From positions 26,474,001-26,538,000 of the forward strand of contig OY740811.1 in NCBI GenBank assembly GCA_963514005.1: 64,000 bases of DNA, given 5' to 3'. The notes below the pieces were generated by a model. It was not told the DNA's origin, searched no databases, and worked only from the letters and a program-made list of their open reading frames with translations. This DNA comes from Raja brachyura (taxonomy: Eukaryota). The translations under genes and the position numbers were made by a program. Shown here in pieces: positions 1-13,149 of this stretch (position 1 is its first letter; each line of letters begins with the position of its first letter).

Positions 1-839
1 CTTATTTCTGAATATCCATTACCTCTAAAAGAAACCATCCAAACTACTCAATTACATCTGCAATACACTTTCAGGTATTATTTTCTATATGCAATTCCCT
101 CAAATCTGTTGATTAGATCCACACTTATAATTCACATCTAGATATCCATTAATCTAGCTACAAACCCATTGAATTCTTCAATTAGATTCCAACTTGCAAC
201 TCTTTCCCAGAATTCCATTAATCTCCCTGCCATAAAATGATAAGACCTAACTCTTCAAAACAACTAGTTCCAGGCAAACTCAATCTGCCTCACGCAGTCA
301 ATACGAGATCACCTCTGCCGTGTGCGTTAGGATGAGTCGACACCGCTCCCACCCACTCTATTTCTCAATTAGATCATCATGCTGGAGTTAGACAGTCAAG
401 AAGATTGCAGGAAGATGAAGAGGACAATAAAATAAAATAAAATTATGTTTTCTAATAAGGTTTCAGAAAATCATTGCACACTGGAAAACCAAATATGAAA
501 AAAACACTCACTAAGCAGTTTCAAAATTAAATTTCCATCACTCATTACAAAACCATTAACCAGTGCAGCAGCAGAACTAACAGGATTCGGTGTGTAAGCA
601 AGGATCGTTAAACACGGGCATGTAAGTGGAGACGTTGCCTCAACGAACCGTTCATGACAGCGGAAAGAAAAGCACAATTTGTCCATCACCTCCACTCGTG
701 GAGATTTGTCCACTCCCTGTGGAGTCAACACAGGAGGCTAGTCAGTCCATAGTATCTGGTGAAAAAAACTAATTCCACAGACCTGCTCTCTTCTGCACTC
801 AGAAGAAATTAAATGACCCAACGGCATGGATGAAACTAA

Positions 840-1800
840 ACAGGATTGCCCTAATAGCATAACTGAGATGTGGTTTAACGGTGACCAAGGTTGGGAACTT
901 AATATTTCATGGTACTTGCCTTTTAGAAAGGGCAGGTAAAATCAAAAAGATAGGGCGCTGTTTTTTGCAGTCAGAAAGACTTGCGGGAGGGAACCAGACA
1001 GTGAAATTAGTGTTGGATTACAGTGACAAAAGGCCAATAATGGGTGGACTCGCCTCCAGGCCTTTAAAAAATGGCAAGGGAGAATAAGCATGAATGAACT
1101 TGGCCCAGAAGAACAGAAAGTAGAATCAAACATGAAGTAACAAGGGACTAAACCAATTGTGGGAATTTACAGGTCCCTGAACAGTAGTTAAACTATAACT
1201 ACACAGGGAATTAATACAGAGATATGATATTTGTAGCAAAGAGATATGATAATCAAGATGACCTATAAATATAGTCATATAGAATGGACCAACCAAATTG
1301 GCAAACATGGCTTGGAGGATGAGTTCAATTATAACAGTGTTTGGAGCAAAATTTCTATTTTAGACTTTGTCTTGTGTGATGGGAGTTAATTAATTATGCC
1401 ACAACAATGGATCATCGAGGGAAAAATGATCACAACATGATAACATTTTGTATTCAATGCAAGAGAGATGCCGTTCAGTCATGAACTAGTTTGTTATTTT
1501 CAAATAAAGGAGTAAAAAAAATAGGTGGAGGGAGATTGAAGAATTAGATTAAAAGATTTTCCACTTGTTAAGCAAATAAATGAAAGATATGTTACATAAG
1601 TCTCAATAACGACACATTCCATTGGGAATTAAAAATTCCACCGGTTCCATCTGGAACCAATTCAGAAGGTGAAGAAACATATAAAAGGAATAGATTCTTA
1701 ATTACATTCTTAATGTTGGCAAGAAGAGTGGTAAGCCTTAGATTTGGGAGAGTGTTAGTAAGCACCAGACATGGCCAAAATAATTGATGAGAAACATGAA
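840..1800 (+). mobile_element. Highly decayed CR1-type LINE ORF2 fragment (endonuclease region)
   Basis: Translates with breaks to ITEMWFNGDQGWELNISWYLPFRKGR, matching the CR1 APE motif ITETWL...GWELNI.GY..FRKDR; many stops and frameshifts follow. Confidence 0.65.
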
Positions 1801-1829
1801 TTAGCAAGAATACATCAAAATATTATAGT

Positions 1830-2940
1830 CATGAAGTAGTATAAGCACAGAAACCGGGCCTTCAGTCCTCCATGTTCCGGCCAACCACCTAATAGCCATT
1901 GTAGAATACCATTTTCCAACACTTGGCCCATAGTTTTCTATGCCCTGGCATTTAAAATCTCACATTCTTAAATGTAAGATCTCAGCCTTCACCATGCACA
2001 TCTATCAGGATTCAATGCCATCTGCCTTTACTCTGCCCATCTTACCAACAATATCATTCTGCATCAATCCTAAGAGCACCCTCATCACCATTGATAACAC
2101 AACTAATTTTCATGCCATCTGCAAATTACCAACCACACCTCAGTTCACATTCAAGTTATGAATGTGTATAATAAACCCCCATCATAAATCCCTGTGGCAC
2201 ACCGTCGACCACGGCCTTGCAATCATAACAAGAACTCTCCACAGCATCACCGTCTCCCATTACCAAGCCAAATTTGGATATGATTTACTAACTTGCTTTT
2301 TGGATTTGTCTCCTGTGTCAGATCTTGTCAAAGGCCTTACTGAAATCCATGCAGACTACCTCCCCGCCGCCATCAATACTTGTTAACTCTGAAAGATTCG
2401 CCAAACTGGACAGACAGGATAAAGCCCTCGGAAATATATGCTCATTACCCTGCTTTTCCAGGTTTTAGTTTCAGATATACAGCATAGAAACAGACCCCTC
2501 AGCCCACTGAATCCACACCGACCATCGATCACTGGTTCACACTAATTCTATGTTGTCTCACTTTTGCTCTATCCTCTCTCTATATATTAGGGGCAATTTT
2601 ACAGCGGCCAGTAAATCTACAAACCCGCGCTTCTTTGGGGTGTGGGAGGAAACTGAAGCATCCAGAGGAAATGCACGCGGTCACAGACAGAACGTGCAAA
2701 CACTACACAGACAGCACCGAGATCAAGTTCCACCCTGGGTCCCTGGCATTGAGAAGCAGCAGCTCCACTCGCTTTGCCACTGTGCCACCCCATGTATAAT
2801 TAATTTATCTCTCAGCATTTTCTTCCAATATTTCCTCAGTACTGACATTAGATTCACAGGCTGATAATTACTTGGCTCATCTATGCAGTTCTTCTCGAAT
2901 AAAAATACCACATTTGCTGCCCTCCAGTCTGGCACCTGAG
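1830..2940 (-). mobile_element. Decayed CR1-type LINE (RT region to 3' end), interrupted by a V-SINE
   Basis: Minus-strand PDWRAANVVFLFEK...NYQPVNLMSV at 2935-2790, MDFSKAFDK near 2350, and a CR1-like 3' tail near 1840. Confidence 0.75.
2463..2791 (-). mobile_element. HE1-type V-SINE
   Basis: Minus strand: tRNA-like head GGGGTGGCACAGTGGC, V-domain TTTGCACGTTCT...TTTCCTCCCACACCCCAAAG, CR1-derived 3' tail ending in CTAAA repeats. Confidence 0.85.
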
Positions 2941-3019
2941 CTCTGAGCTAAAGTTCTCAGTCGGAGCTTGGCCTTCTTCTCCCTTGCCTTTCAACCTGTT
3001 TTGTCATTCAACATAGTCA

Positions 3020-3665
3020 GATTCTTGGGGAGCAAATACGTCTGGGGGTCAGTAAAAGAATACTTTGAAGTGTTTTTTCGTCATATTCTGTATGCATCAC
3101 TCTGAAGGATATTGAAGCCAGAGAATAGAACACCTCATTTTCTGAGATCCACTTTATCAAAGGGGCCCAGACCAAGCCTTGATTGCTCTTTGTTTTAGCC
3201 ACAGAACGTATACAGTCATAATTGCTTCTGTAATAAAACATGAAATGCAAGATATTATTTTAGCAGTCATTTCTCAATACCCATTGGGGACAAGCGAAAG
3301 GCATGAGTTGGAATAGAGATGGCTAAAGAATGGCATAAGGATGATTTTCAAAGCGAGGAAAAGTTTGATAGAACAACTGGAAAAGCTATTCTTTTAAGCA
3401 ATGACCAGAGGTCAATTATTTAAAATGATTGTCATAAAACCTAAAAAGGGAATGCAGAAGATGCTTTCTGTAAATCAGATGACTGTTGGAACAGCCAGTT
3501 GGAAATCTCTTAAACAATTTTGAAGGAAGTTGGGGAACACAAAGGGAATTAGACAAAAAAAAGGTGAATTTGGAATAAAACAAAGGCATAACAAGCCAAA
3601 TCTCTAAGGACCTGGACGTACCAGCACAAATCAATTGGGCTGAATGGCCTGTTGCCATGCTGTAA
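3020..3665 (+). mobile_element. Very old CR1-like 3' fragment
   Basis: Degenerate CR1 3' features ending in GGGCTGAATGGCCTGTTGCCATGCTGTAA. Confidence 0.45.
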
Positions 3666-4054
3666 TCTCAATGTGCAGGGGGAAGGCGATATGCAACAGC
3701 CCACAGTTTATTTTAGAAGCTGATGCTGTAAAACGTTAGTAAAGGTTGAATGTAAATACTTAAAACAGAGGTGGCAACATATCTTTGGAGAGTGGATAAT
3801 GTGTGCATTTACGTTTATATTAAATAAATAATATGACAAATTGTTGTTAAGCATTTCAATTCTGAGCTGCAAAATGAAGAATCAACAGTTTGGACCGGAA
3901 TGAAGGAGAAAGGAAATTGTCGGCTTAAGATGTCCTATCGATGAAGTACCTAATCTCTACCACAAGGTGGCAGAGCAATAGAAAGATGGAGCAAACACGT
4001 CAAAGGCAAGATCAGCACCATGGACAGGGCCTTGATCAGCAAGTCCACGCTGCA

Positions 4055-4245
4055 AGAGACAAAACCACAAGGTGCTGGAGCAACTCAACAGGGCAGGCAG
4101 CATTTCTAGACAACATGGATAGGTGACGTTTGGGGTTGGAATCCTACAGACGCTGCCTATCCATGTTCTCCAGAGATGCTGCCCGACCCACTGAGTTACT
4201 CCAACACTTTGTGGGGGTTTTTTGCAAAGAAGCATCTGCCGTTTT
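4055..4245. repeat. Fold-back (inverted) pair of Penelope terminal-repeat fragments
   Basis: TGCTGGAGCAACTCA...GGCAGCATTTCTAGACAACATGGATAGG followed by its reverse complement CCTATCCATGTTCTCCAGAGATGCTGCC...TGAGTTACTCCAACA. Confidence 0.8.
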
Positions 4246-4454
4246 GTGCCTCGAACACGAATGGGATAAAATTAATATTTCAGTTGTGGACTCCTTTGGG
4301 GCTTGGAGTGGAGACTGCCTGAATGAGGATTCACTGAATGTCACGATTGGCAGGGTGGTGAGATCCAATACATGAAAGAGGCAGGTGAGAGGCTGTAAGT
4401 CTGTGTGGAAGGTGATGAATGAACAGATAAACAGGAGTACGGCATGAACCGAGG

Positions 4455-5210
4455 ATTAAATGCATTTATTTTAATGCAAGAGGCCTGACAGGTAAGGCTG
4501 TCGACCTCATGGCGTGGATAGGTACATGCGACTTGGACATTGTAGCTTCACAGAAACCTGGCTAAAAGAGGGACAGCTTAATGTTCCAGGGCATGGATAT
4601 GACAGGAAACACAGAGGTGGAGGTAAAAAGAAGGGGGGGGCTGTTGCTTCATTGATTAAGGAGAATATCATGGCAGAAGTCATGGCCGAGATGACATTGC
4701 TGATGGTTCGTCCAGTGAGGCCTTATGGGTAGAGCTGGGAAATAGAAAAGGGGATGATCACCTTGCTGAGAGTGTTCTACAGGCCCCCACAGAGTCAATG
4801 GGAATTAGAAGCACGAATATGCCGGGAGATTGCAGGCAGCTGCAAGATTAATAAGGTTGTCACAGTAGGGGACTTTAACTTTCCCAATATAGACTGGGGC
4901 TGTCAGAGTGCCAAGGGCTTAGAATTTGTCAAATGTGTTCAAAAAAGTTTCCTCAGACGATATGTAGAGGGCCCTACATGGGTGGGGGCAGAGCTTGATC
5001 TACTCTTAGGAAATTGGGACGGGCAAGTGGCCGAAGTGTCCATGGGTGAGCCCTTTGGGACCAGCGACCACTGTTCTATTAGCGTTAAAATAGTTCTGGA
5101 TAAAGACAGGGCAGGCCCAGGTAAAACATTCTGAATCGGAGCAAGGCCAACACAGATGGTATTAGACAGGAACTTGCTGAAGCTGATTGGAGTAGGTTGT
5201 TTGTGGACCA
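4455..5210 (+). mobile_element. CR1 LINE ORF2 endonuclease fragment (pseudo)
   Basis: LKCIYFNARGL...TETWLKEGQ...FYRPP...GDFNFPNIDW...LDLLLGN...SDHCSI: APE endonuclease motifs with frameshifts. Confidence 0.9.
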
Positions 5211-5214
5211 AACC

Positions 5215-6390
5215 TGTGACCAGAGAATAAAACAAAGGTCCTTGTCAAAGCCCCTACAATCTCCTCTCTTGCCTCCTTTAATAACCTGAAATAGACCTCA
5301 TCTGGCCGAGGGGACATCCACCATATCATTCTTCAAGAGCCTCAGCACCACTTCCTTTCTTGACCTCAAACTGCCTTCCCATAATTGTATTCTCCACACT
5401 GATCTCGCTTTCCTCCTTGGTGAACACAGGTGCAAAGTACTCATTTAGTAACGTACCTACATCCTCCTACTCCAAGCATCGATTCTCTCCTTTATCTGGT
5501 GGTCCCACCTTCTCCCTGGTCACCCCCTTGTTTTTAATGTAGGTATAAAAAGCTTTGGGATTTTCTTCAACCTGGTTCAATGATGACATTTCATGGCCCC
5601 TTCTAGCCCTTCTAATTGAACGATTGAGGTCTTTCCTACTTGCTCTTAACCCCCTCTGATGCCACTTTCTTAAAACAGACATACACTTCCTGACGGAGTT
5701 TACAACCTCTTTGGTCATCCACCTTACTGAAACATGCCTCCTTATTGAAACGTGCTGATCCTGCACTTTGATCATCTGGCCTTTAGACAACCCCCACGTG
5801 TTGTCTGTGGACTTTCCCCCAATAACAAATAATTGCAATGTACTTTCCTTAGCTCCTGCCTAATGACATTGCAATCTGCGTTGCCCTAATTACCTTCCCA
5901 ACATCTGGACTTGCCCCTATTCCAAGCAATCTTAACACTTAGAGTTGTCATCAACATGCCCAAATTCTTCTTTAATCGACCACAAAACCAGTCACCTGAC
6001 CAAGCTCGTTTCCCAATACAAGATCCAGTATGGTCCCTCCTCGAGTTGGACTATCCACATACTGTTGAAGGAAACATTCTTGGATGCACCCAACAAATTT
6101 TGCCCAATCTAATCCCCTTGTCCAAAGTGAGTCCCAGTCAAGTTAAAGTCACCTGCTACATCAACCCTGTAGTTTAGACATCATTCTGTAATCTTCCAAC
6201 ATATCTGATCCTCTTTCTTCCATTGGCTATTGGGGGGGCCTAATCCCATAAGATAAATTGCCCCTTTCTTATTTTTGAGCTCTACCCATAAATGCCTCAG
6301 TAGACGTACCCTCCAGTATGTCCTCCCTGGTCACCACTGTGACATTCTGCCCGATTAGCAAAGCAACTACGCCTCTTTTAACCCCTCTCT
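5215..6390 (-). mobile_element. CR1 LINE ORF2 fragment (endonuclease C-terminus plus linker)
   Basis: Minus ORF ENPKAFYTYIKNKGVTREKVGP; upstream FLQQYVDSPTRGGTILDLVLGN. Confidence 0.85.
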
Positions 6391-6624
6391 ATCTGGTTGA
6401 AATATTGAAAATCAGGCACTTTGAGCTGCCAGTCGCGTCCCTCTCACAACCAAGAGAAGGAAGTGAAAGAGAATGTATCGGGGAGAAACAAAGTTGCATT
6501 TTCACTACTGTCCTCACAAATATAGACCTTCCCAAGTCCAATGAAAGTATCCGCAGTGCAGAGGGGGCATGCAATTTGTCCACACAACAGTTTGAGAATG
6601 AAATGTGATAATGATTTAATCATT

Positions 6625-6778
6625 TGTTTTCACTGATATTGATGAAGGAGTATTTATCAGTTGGTGATTGCAACAGTGTAAACTGTGTTCATAATCCAAT
6701 ATTGCCAAGGGATATTTTACACCAGCTGAGAAAGCATATTCATATGTTTAATGTCTCATCTGAAAATCAACTTGTTGT
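6625..6778 (-). mobile_element. Ancient DeuSINE/SacSINE-like relic
   Basis: TGCCAAGGGATATTTTACACCAGCTGAGA...GTTTAATGTCTCATCTGAAA resembles the other copies at 22490, 52680 and 58660 and the shark DeuSINE body as I recall it. Confidence 0.5.
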
Positions 6779-7399
6779 AAGTAGAGTGAAATGTGCAGCA
6801 GTTTTCTTGTTCACAGATAGTACAGCTCTGGTCTATGGAGTTCAGGTGGACCCTAAGATCTCCACAAAACCAAACCTTGACCCCTTCAGCCTTGCTGCCT
6901 TTAAATGCCATTCGCTCATTAAGCGAACTGCATGTTCTATGGGTTTTTATTTGTAATAATTCCTTTCGCCACAATACCTTACTCCTATGATGATAACATG
7001 AGCACATCTTTGGGCTCGGAATCCACTCAGGAAATCCAATTAACAATATAATTGTTAATTGGATTTCCTGAGAGGATTCCAAGACCAAAGATGGTCTGTG
7101 CAAATACCTAAACCTAAGTGGAACTGCTGCTTATCATGAGGTTTTTTTTTTAAGAGATGCTTTTATAATGACTCCAGGTCTGTGGGATCCCCCACTGATT
7201 GTGTCCTTGCTAGTACTGGTCCTATATATAGAGATCAAGGGAGATTTGCAGCCCACAACATATGTAGCAACATGGAAAGTTAATTGTACAGTTTTATCTG
7301 TATAATCATGGTTACATCAACATGCATGGATATCGCTTTTTTAGCAATGTAAAATGATAAAATATGCTTTAGAAAAGCATATACCAAATACCAAAACAA

Positions 7400-7427
7400 T
7401 AGGATACTAGGATACTAGGATACTAGG
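7400..7427. repeat. Tandem repeat (TAGGATAC)x3.5
   Basis: Directly visible. Confidence 0.9.
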
Positions 7428-8828
7428 CCACAGGAAAAATATAGTAGACCCAGACTTTGGTCAATGAAGCAGTTTTTAAATAATATCTCAAAATATAGCT
7501 CAAAACAAAAAAAAACTTAAAAAGAAGATTTTTAACTGCCTGGGGATAGGCAGCTGAATATATGATGACCAGTGTATGAAGCCCATGTTCAAAGGCTGAA
7601 TGGGGAAGTGATGAGATCTCATGGAGTTGTAACACAGGGAGAGCTACGTCATCCTTTGTTTCTCATGTTCTTATTTGCTTTATCATAAAAGATGAGATGC
7701 TTCTGAGACAGACTAGAGGGAATTTGCTATTGGTGTGCGAATGTTTCCATGGTGCTGTTATTGGAAAATCCATCATACACCTCTATGCCAAACTTTAATA
7801 ATTCCACACCAATCTTAAATAAGTGTTGTTCACAATAGAATAAATATTGTGTTTGCTTATTCAAATACAGCATAGTTTGGCCCGTTCTCATTGAAAGTCG
7901 ATACCAACACATCTTTGGGCTTGTTAAAGAAATCCAATTAGCAGCATAATTCTGGTCTGTGCAAACACTCTGCAAATACAATGCCTAAACTGGTATAAAT
8001 TGGAAGGTTAAACACAAATATCATCACAAGATATGGTCCTGTCTTTACATCTGCATCCCTCCATTGCTGATTCTCTCCTTCCTTCAATCCACCTTTCCTC
8101 AGTTTCTGTGCCCTTTCAATTCCCATGTTCCTCCTTCCACCCTAATTCCAGCCCTGGGCACTTCTAGCAGCCAACCATTTAATCGTTTCAAAAGCAAGGG
8201 CGCCTTCTACCACTGTCAGACACTGTCAGGAGGTCAGACACCTCCTGAAGACTGCTTCCCAAATGCACATTGACCTGCTTTAGGGCAGATATGTGGTCTT
8301 AATCCTATGGCCTAATCCAAATACATTTACTGTGTTCCACCACCCTACCCACCCAACTACCAATGCCCTCCAACCCCAAAGCTCTTCCAGAATACCTTGA
8401 TGCTGCCTCGTGTCAGATTGCAGCCTCCCAAAGATATGCAGGCAGGTCGGTGGATCCTGATGCACAATTTCCCAGCTAATGGAGACAGGCTCACCCACGA
8501 GACCACCAGCATCTCACTCCGCCACCATCACACACACAGAATCAATGCAATTCACCCAGTAAATGACAACGCAGCAGAGGGAAGGAATACACCTGCCACT
8601 GTCTGAGCAAAGCAAAATTCAAGGGAGGAAGTTTCTTGAATCTCAAATGATGGCTGATGATGAAGTGGAAAGACTCCCACATTGCTCTTTCACACAAACC
8701 ACCATTCAGGAACCCTGGACTCTGAGGCTCATCTGTGTGTACAACTGATGGAGAGGATAACAGATGATGCCACGGCCACTTGTGTTTTAGATTTAACCCT
8801 CAAATATTTTTATTTTTGTTTGGCTCAC

Positions 8829-8916
8829 CAGCATTCTCCATCTTTGAACGCCGTCTCGTAGGAAGTTCAGTGTTCACAACCTTCACCTCAACGAGGGCTA
8901 CCTTTTGGGTAGACAT
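8829..8916 (-). CDS. Candidate first coding exon of an unidentified gene (MSTQKVALVEVKVVNTELPTRRRSKMENA plus one base)
   Basis: AAAATGT start with an in-frame upstream TGA, 88-nt open frame, donor CTG|GTGAGC at 8828, possible acceptor TTGTTTTTTTGTTGTAG| at 9025; CpGs retained. Protein not recognised. Confidence 0.3.
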
Positions 8917-9278
8917 TTTGGACGAATCGGGATATCACCTTGTTTGGCTCTGTGCATGTTTTTAATTATAATTTAAGAATGTAATTAATCCCATCACCTG
9001 CTTCTCTTGTGACAATCTCCAGCGTCTACAACAAAAAAACAAGCCATTTGAACATTGAATCGTTCTTCACATGAACTGCCATGTCTAAGCTCAGTCAACC
9101 GATCGATACATAACCTGAAGTGCAGGGGGTTCTTGGATCTGCAGTTAATTTCAATAAGAATGCACATCTCTTTACAATGTCCATTTCATGCGTGAGATTC
9201 CCATTTTACACATTCGCTGTGTGATCTTTAGTTGCAGTCAGCAGCTTAAAATGTGGAGAACCAACATATTTCTGACCT

Positions 9279-9390
9279 GGCGGGTGAAGAAGGGTCTCGA
9301 CCTGAAACGTCACCTATTCCTGTCAGACCCGCTGAGTTACTCCAGCTTTTTGTGTCTATCTTCAGTTTAAACCAGCATCTGCAGTTCCTT
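9279..9390 (+). mobile_element. Solo Penelope terminal-repeat insertion with hammerhead-like core and 18-bp TSD
   Basis: TGAAGAAGGGTCTCGACCTGAAACGTC...CATCTGCAGTTCCTT, flanked by CCAACATATT(T/C)CTGACCT at 9261 and 9391. Confidence 0.8.
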
Positions 9391-10044
9391 CCAACATATT
9401 CCTGACCTTGTGGCCATGTTCAGTTCATCCTATTCCAAGAAAGCTATAAATTCTTGGCCATTAACTTCGCTCAATATAACTCCCAGCCTCATCCTATCCA
9501 GGGCTACAATTAAAAGACCAGAATTTTAAACTTGGAAATCAGATTAAAAAACTTGTTGGGAACAAAATGTTTCCTTATGCAGAAATGCCTCAAAGTAGAA
9601 AGATGCTTGTGGAAATCAAAGGTCAATCTCGCAGTGAAGCTAATTCCAGGTTTTAAAAGCTTCAAATTTCAAAGAAATAATGAGGGAGGTGATGAGATTA
9701 AGACTAAAATTAAAAGTAAGTTATGTAAATATTATACAAAACCAGAAGATCTGAGCCACTGTTTATAAGGAAGGCAAGTTATGACGTTTATGCTCAACTG
9801 ACAAGTGGCACAGATCTGAAATGCCACAGCCTGCCACTTCTCTCTGATGATATGGATTCCCAGCACTTTGTTTCTAGTGATACAATGCTCCTCACATTTT
9901 TCTGCGAGTAAAAGATCAATATTGAGCTGAAATAGCGAGCTACTCTATAATTTGTTTTGATTACTGTGTAAAGTTATTGGTTGCCACAGGACGGGAAGGC
10001 TATCGCTGCCTTTGAAAGGGTGCAGAAGAAGGAGGGAATGGTGT

Positions 10045-10152
10045 AGGGAGAAACTGCAGATGCTGGTTTACACCGAAGATAGACACAAAATGCTGGAGAC
10101 ACAGTCCGAAGAAGGGTCACAACCCTAAACATCACCTATTCATTCTCCCCAG
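10045..10152. repeat. Penelope terminal-repeat fragments, inverted junction
   Basis: Minus-oriented ACTGCAGATGCTGG...TGCTGGAG joined to plus-oriented CCGAAGAAGGGTC...AAACATCACC. Confidence 0.75.
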
Positions 10153-11124
10153 AGGAAATGGTGTTCTGGATTTTAAGGAGCAAACAACTCAGATTAATTT
10201 TTAACTCAGATTAGTTTTGTATTTACCCCCTATTTGAAGGTAGGCTGTGTCCAGTACCCTGGACAAGTGCAACAACTGCTTGTCGTCTACACTAGCTAAT
10301 TCTTTCAGAAGTGGAGAAGCAGCAATCATATCGGCAGGAATTGCAATATATTTTTGCATAGGGTTGATTTTAATACTGACAAAACCATAATATGCAAAGA
10401 ATTTATTTAAATCAGCTCCTCAGCAAAATTGAATTATGAGGAGTAATTAACTAAATTGGGCACAAATTTGCAAATGAGAAGGTTGAGAAGTTGTTACAGT
10501 TAGGAAATTCTTTCCTTACCCTTTTAATAGACTCAGTAAACCACAGACAGTAATATATTTGATAATTCATTCCCTTTATTACCGCAAATCATTAATCTTA
10601 AATACCCTAACCAACCACACAAAAAGTTGCCCGTTCAGAACCTGCTGTGCACGGATTTAATGAGGTATCGTGAAGGAGGTTTCTCCAAGCCTCTCAGGAT
10701 TTTCAATGCAGCTTACTTTTCTTCTCTCGCTTCGTTAAGTCTGGCAGCGTGCTGGTACCGTTTTGATTTATGTTTCTCTTCCCATTGAATGCTACCCACA
10801 CTTCATATTTTACAAAAAAACTATTTGTTTCAAATAGTTAACCCAGAAGAGATGTGAAGTTTCATTTATACCCCATCTCACACCTGATTGCAACTTGCAC
10901 ACCCTTCTTCTTGGATGATCCTCAGGGATGAAAACAATTTGATTTGTGTTTCGGGGGTGACGGATTAGACTTCTGTGGGACTGGCAGACTCTACCATTGA
11001 TGAGCAAAGGTGCCTCTGGAGAGAGAGAGCGTTCAGGCACTTGTGAGGAATATTTCTTCCACCATTTACATTGTGCTTCTGTGTGTTCCTGATGCTGGAT
11101 CACAGATTGAGAATTCGGTATCCG

Positions 11125-11305
11125 GAAGGAAGGAACTGCAGATGCTGGTTTACACCGAAGATAGACACAAAATGCTGGAGTAGCTCAGCGGGACGGGCAG
11201 CATCTCTGGATATAAGGAATGGGTGATGTTTCGGGACGAGAGGGTCACCCATCCCTTCTCTCCAGAGATGCTGCCTGTCCTGCAGACTTACTCCAGAATT
11301 GTGTC
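11125..11305. repeat. Fold-back Penelope terminal-repeat pair
   Basis: GGCAGCATCTCTGGA..AAGGAATGGGTGA followed by TCACCCATCCCTTCTCTCCAGAGATGCTGCC. Confidence 0.8.
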
Positions 11306-11903
11306 GCAATATTGGGTATCTGGTGTTGGGCAAGCAAAGATTTGGTCTGTCCAACAGAACCAACTAGATGTAGTCAATGCCTGACATGCCATCTGTAGTC
11401 AGTACATTGCAACTGCATTGTTCATCCTTGCAATAGGTAGAGAGGACTTTGTAGAGACAGCATTGATGATATCGCTCCAGTGCTGAGGTGTCAGCTATAC
11501 CCCATCTCAGAGATATTTAGGAAAGTAGGGGTCACTGCTATCTGGTAACCCAAGAATATTACACAAGACCTTCAAATATCCTTTTCTTCAACTGCCCAGA
11601 GGTTGCACCAGGCCACAGCAAGTGACGGTAAGCTTCATCAATGATGTCCATCTTGACTCATGAAGTGATTCAGGGTAATGCCTCCATCCACTCGGTCAAT
11701 TCCCATGCACCTCTTACCACCGACCACTCCGGTGCAAACAATCCTCTGTTAAAAACAATGTTGGCATCTGCCACTCTGATGAAAGTCAGTGCTTCATCAA
11801 TTTCCCTGATCAACAGTTTTATTGAAAGTTCTTTGAGAGTGTGGCAGAGAAACACAGACAATTTCAATCCAATTAAATCAAATCCTTTTCATTATGTAGT
11901 TGT

Positions 11904-12802
11904 GGCACCTATGCAAGGATTTTGTTTGTGGATTTTAGCTCTGCATTCAACACCATTGTGCCAGAGCTACTACACTCCAAACTCTTCCAGTTGACTGTGC
12001 CTGAACCCCTCTGGCAGTGGATCACCAACTTCCTGACAGACAGGAAGCAGCATGTGAGGCTGGGTAAGCACATCTCGGACCCGCTGACCCTCAGCATAGG
12101 AACACCACAAGGCTGCGTACTCCCCCCTCCCCTTTACTCTCTGTACACCAACGGCTGCACCTCCACAGACTCCTCTGTCAAGCTTCTCAAGTTTGCAAAC
12201 AACACAACCCTGATTGGACTGATCTAGGATGGGGAGGAATCTGCCTACAGACAGGAAGTGACACAGCTGGCGTCCTGGTGCCATCGCAACAACCTGGAGC
12301 TCAATGCTCTTAAGACAGTGGAATTGATTGTAGACTTAAGGAAAGCTCCCCCTCCCCTCTCCCACCCACCATCAACAACACCACAGTTACATTTGTGGAG
12401 TAATTTAAGTTCCTTGGAACCATCATCTCCAGGGACCTTAAATGGGAGGACACCATCGACTCCACAGTCAAAAAGGCCCAACAGAGGATGTACTTCCTGC
12501 GGCAGCTGAGAAAACACAAACTCTTTGAAGCACTTCCCTCTGGAAGGCGACTCCGGACTGTCAAAGCCGCCACAGCCAGACATAAAAACAGCTTTTGTCC
12601 ACGAGCAGTAGCTTTACTCAACAGCCAAAAGTCTGTAGCCTCCTTTTGCTCTGGTATTTTATTTCATTCTTCACGTTTAAATTATGTTTTATTTTTAATT
12701 GTCTACTGTATATCGTGTTGTTGCTTGCGAGCAAAGCACCAAGGCACAATCCTTGTATGTATACATATTTGGCTAATGAAATGTATTCAATTCAATTCAA
12801 TT
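11904..12802 (+). mobile_element. Rex1/Babar-clade LINE, 5'-truncated and internally deleted
   Basis: TYARILFVDFSSAFNTI...PQGCVL...KLLKFANNTT (FADD degenerate)...WCHRNNLELNALKTVE; C-terminal LPSGRR; 3' tail (TTCAA)n; deletion near 12520. Confidence 0.9.
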
Positions 12803-13149
12803 AAAACTAAAGAAATGACAAGTAATGTTGCTGCAGCTATGATTGCTATATTCCGGGTTCGAAAGGCTCGAGTCAATATTGATTGTGAGAATCTGTGCAA
12901 CCTTATAGAGCAGCAGAACAAACAGACATAAGCTGCACTCAAGGTGAAGACAAACACAAATCTAATCCAAGGAAATGCTACTTCAATGAATGAACGATCA
13001 ATCAATATTGTCAAGGAAAATGTGGAGGTGGGGGAATGAAGAAGAATTTCCCCAGAACTTCCTTAAGATACTACTGTAAGATCCTTTCCATCAGTCTCAG
13101 AGGTCCAAGCACAGAGCAGCATCAAGCAAGGCTATTTCATCGCACCAAC

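Noticed and set aside
2730-2791. tRNA-like sequence
   Set aside because: It is the head of a V-SINE, not a tRNA gene.
10712-10820. Minus-strand frame YEVWVAFNGKRNIKSKRYQHAARLNEAREEK ending at a GTAAGC donor
   Set aside because: No start codon and a poor acceptor; cannot be supported as coding.
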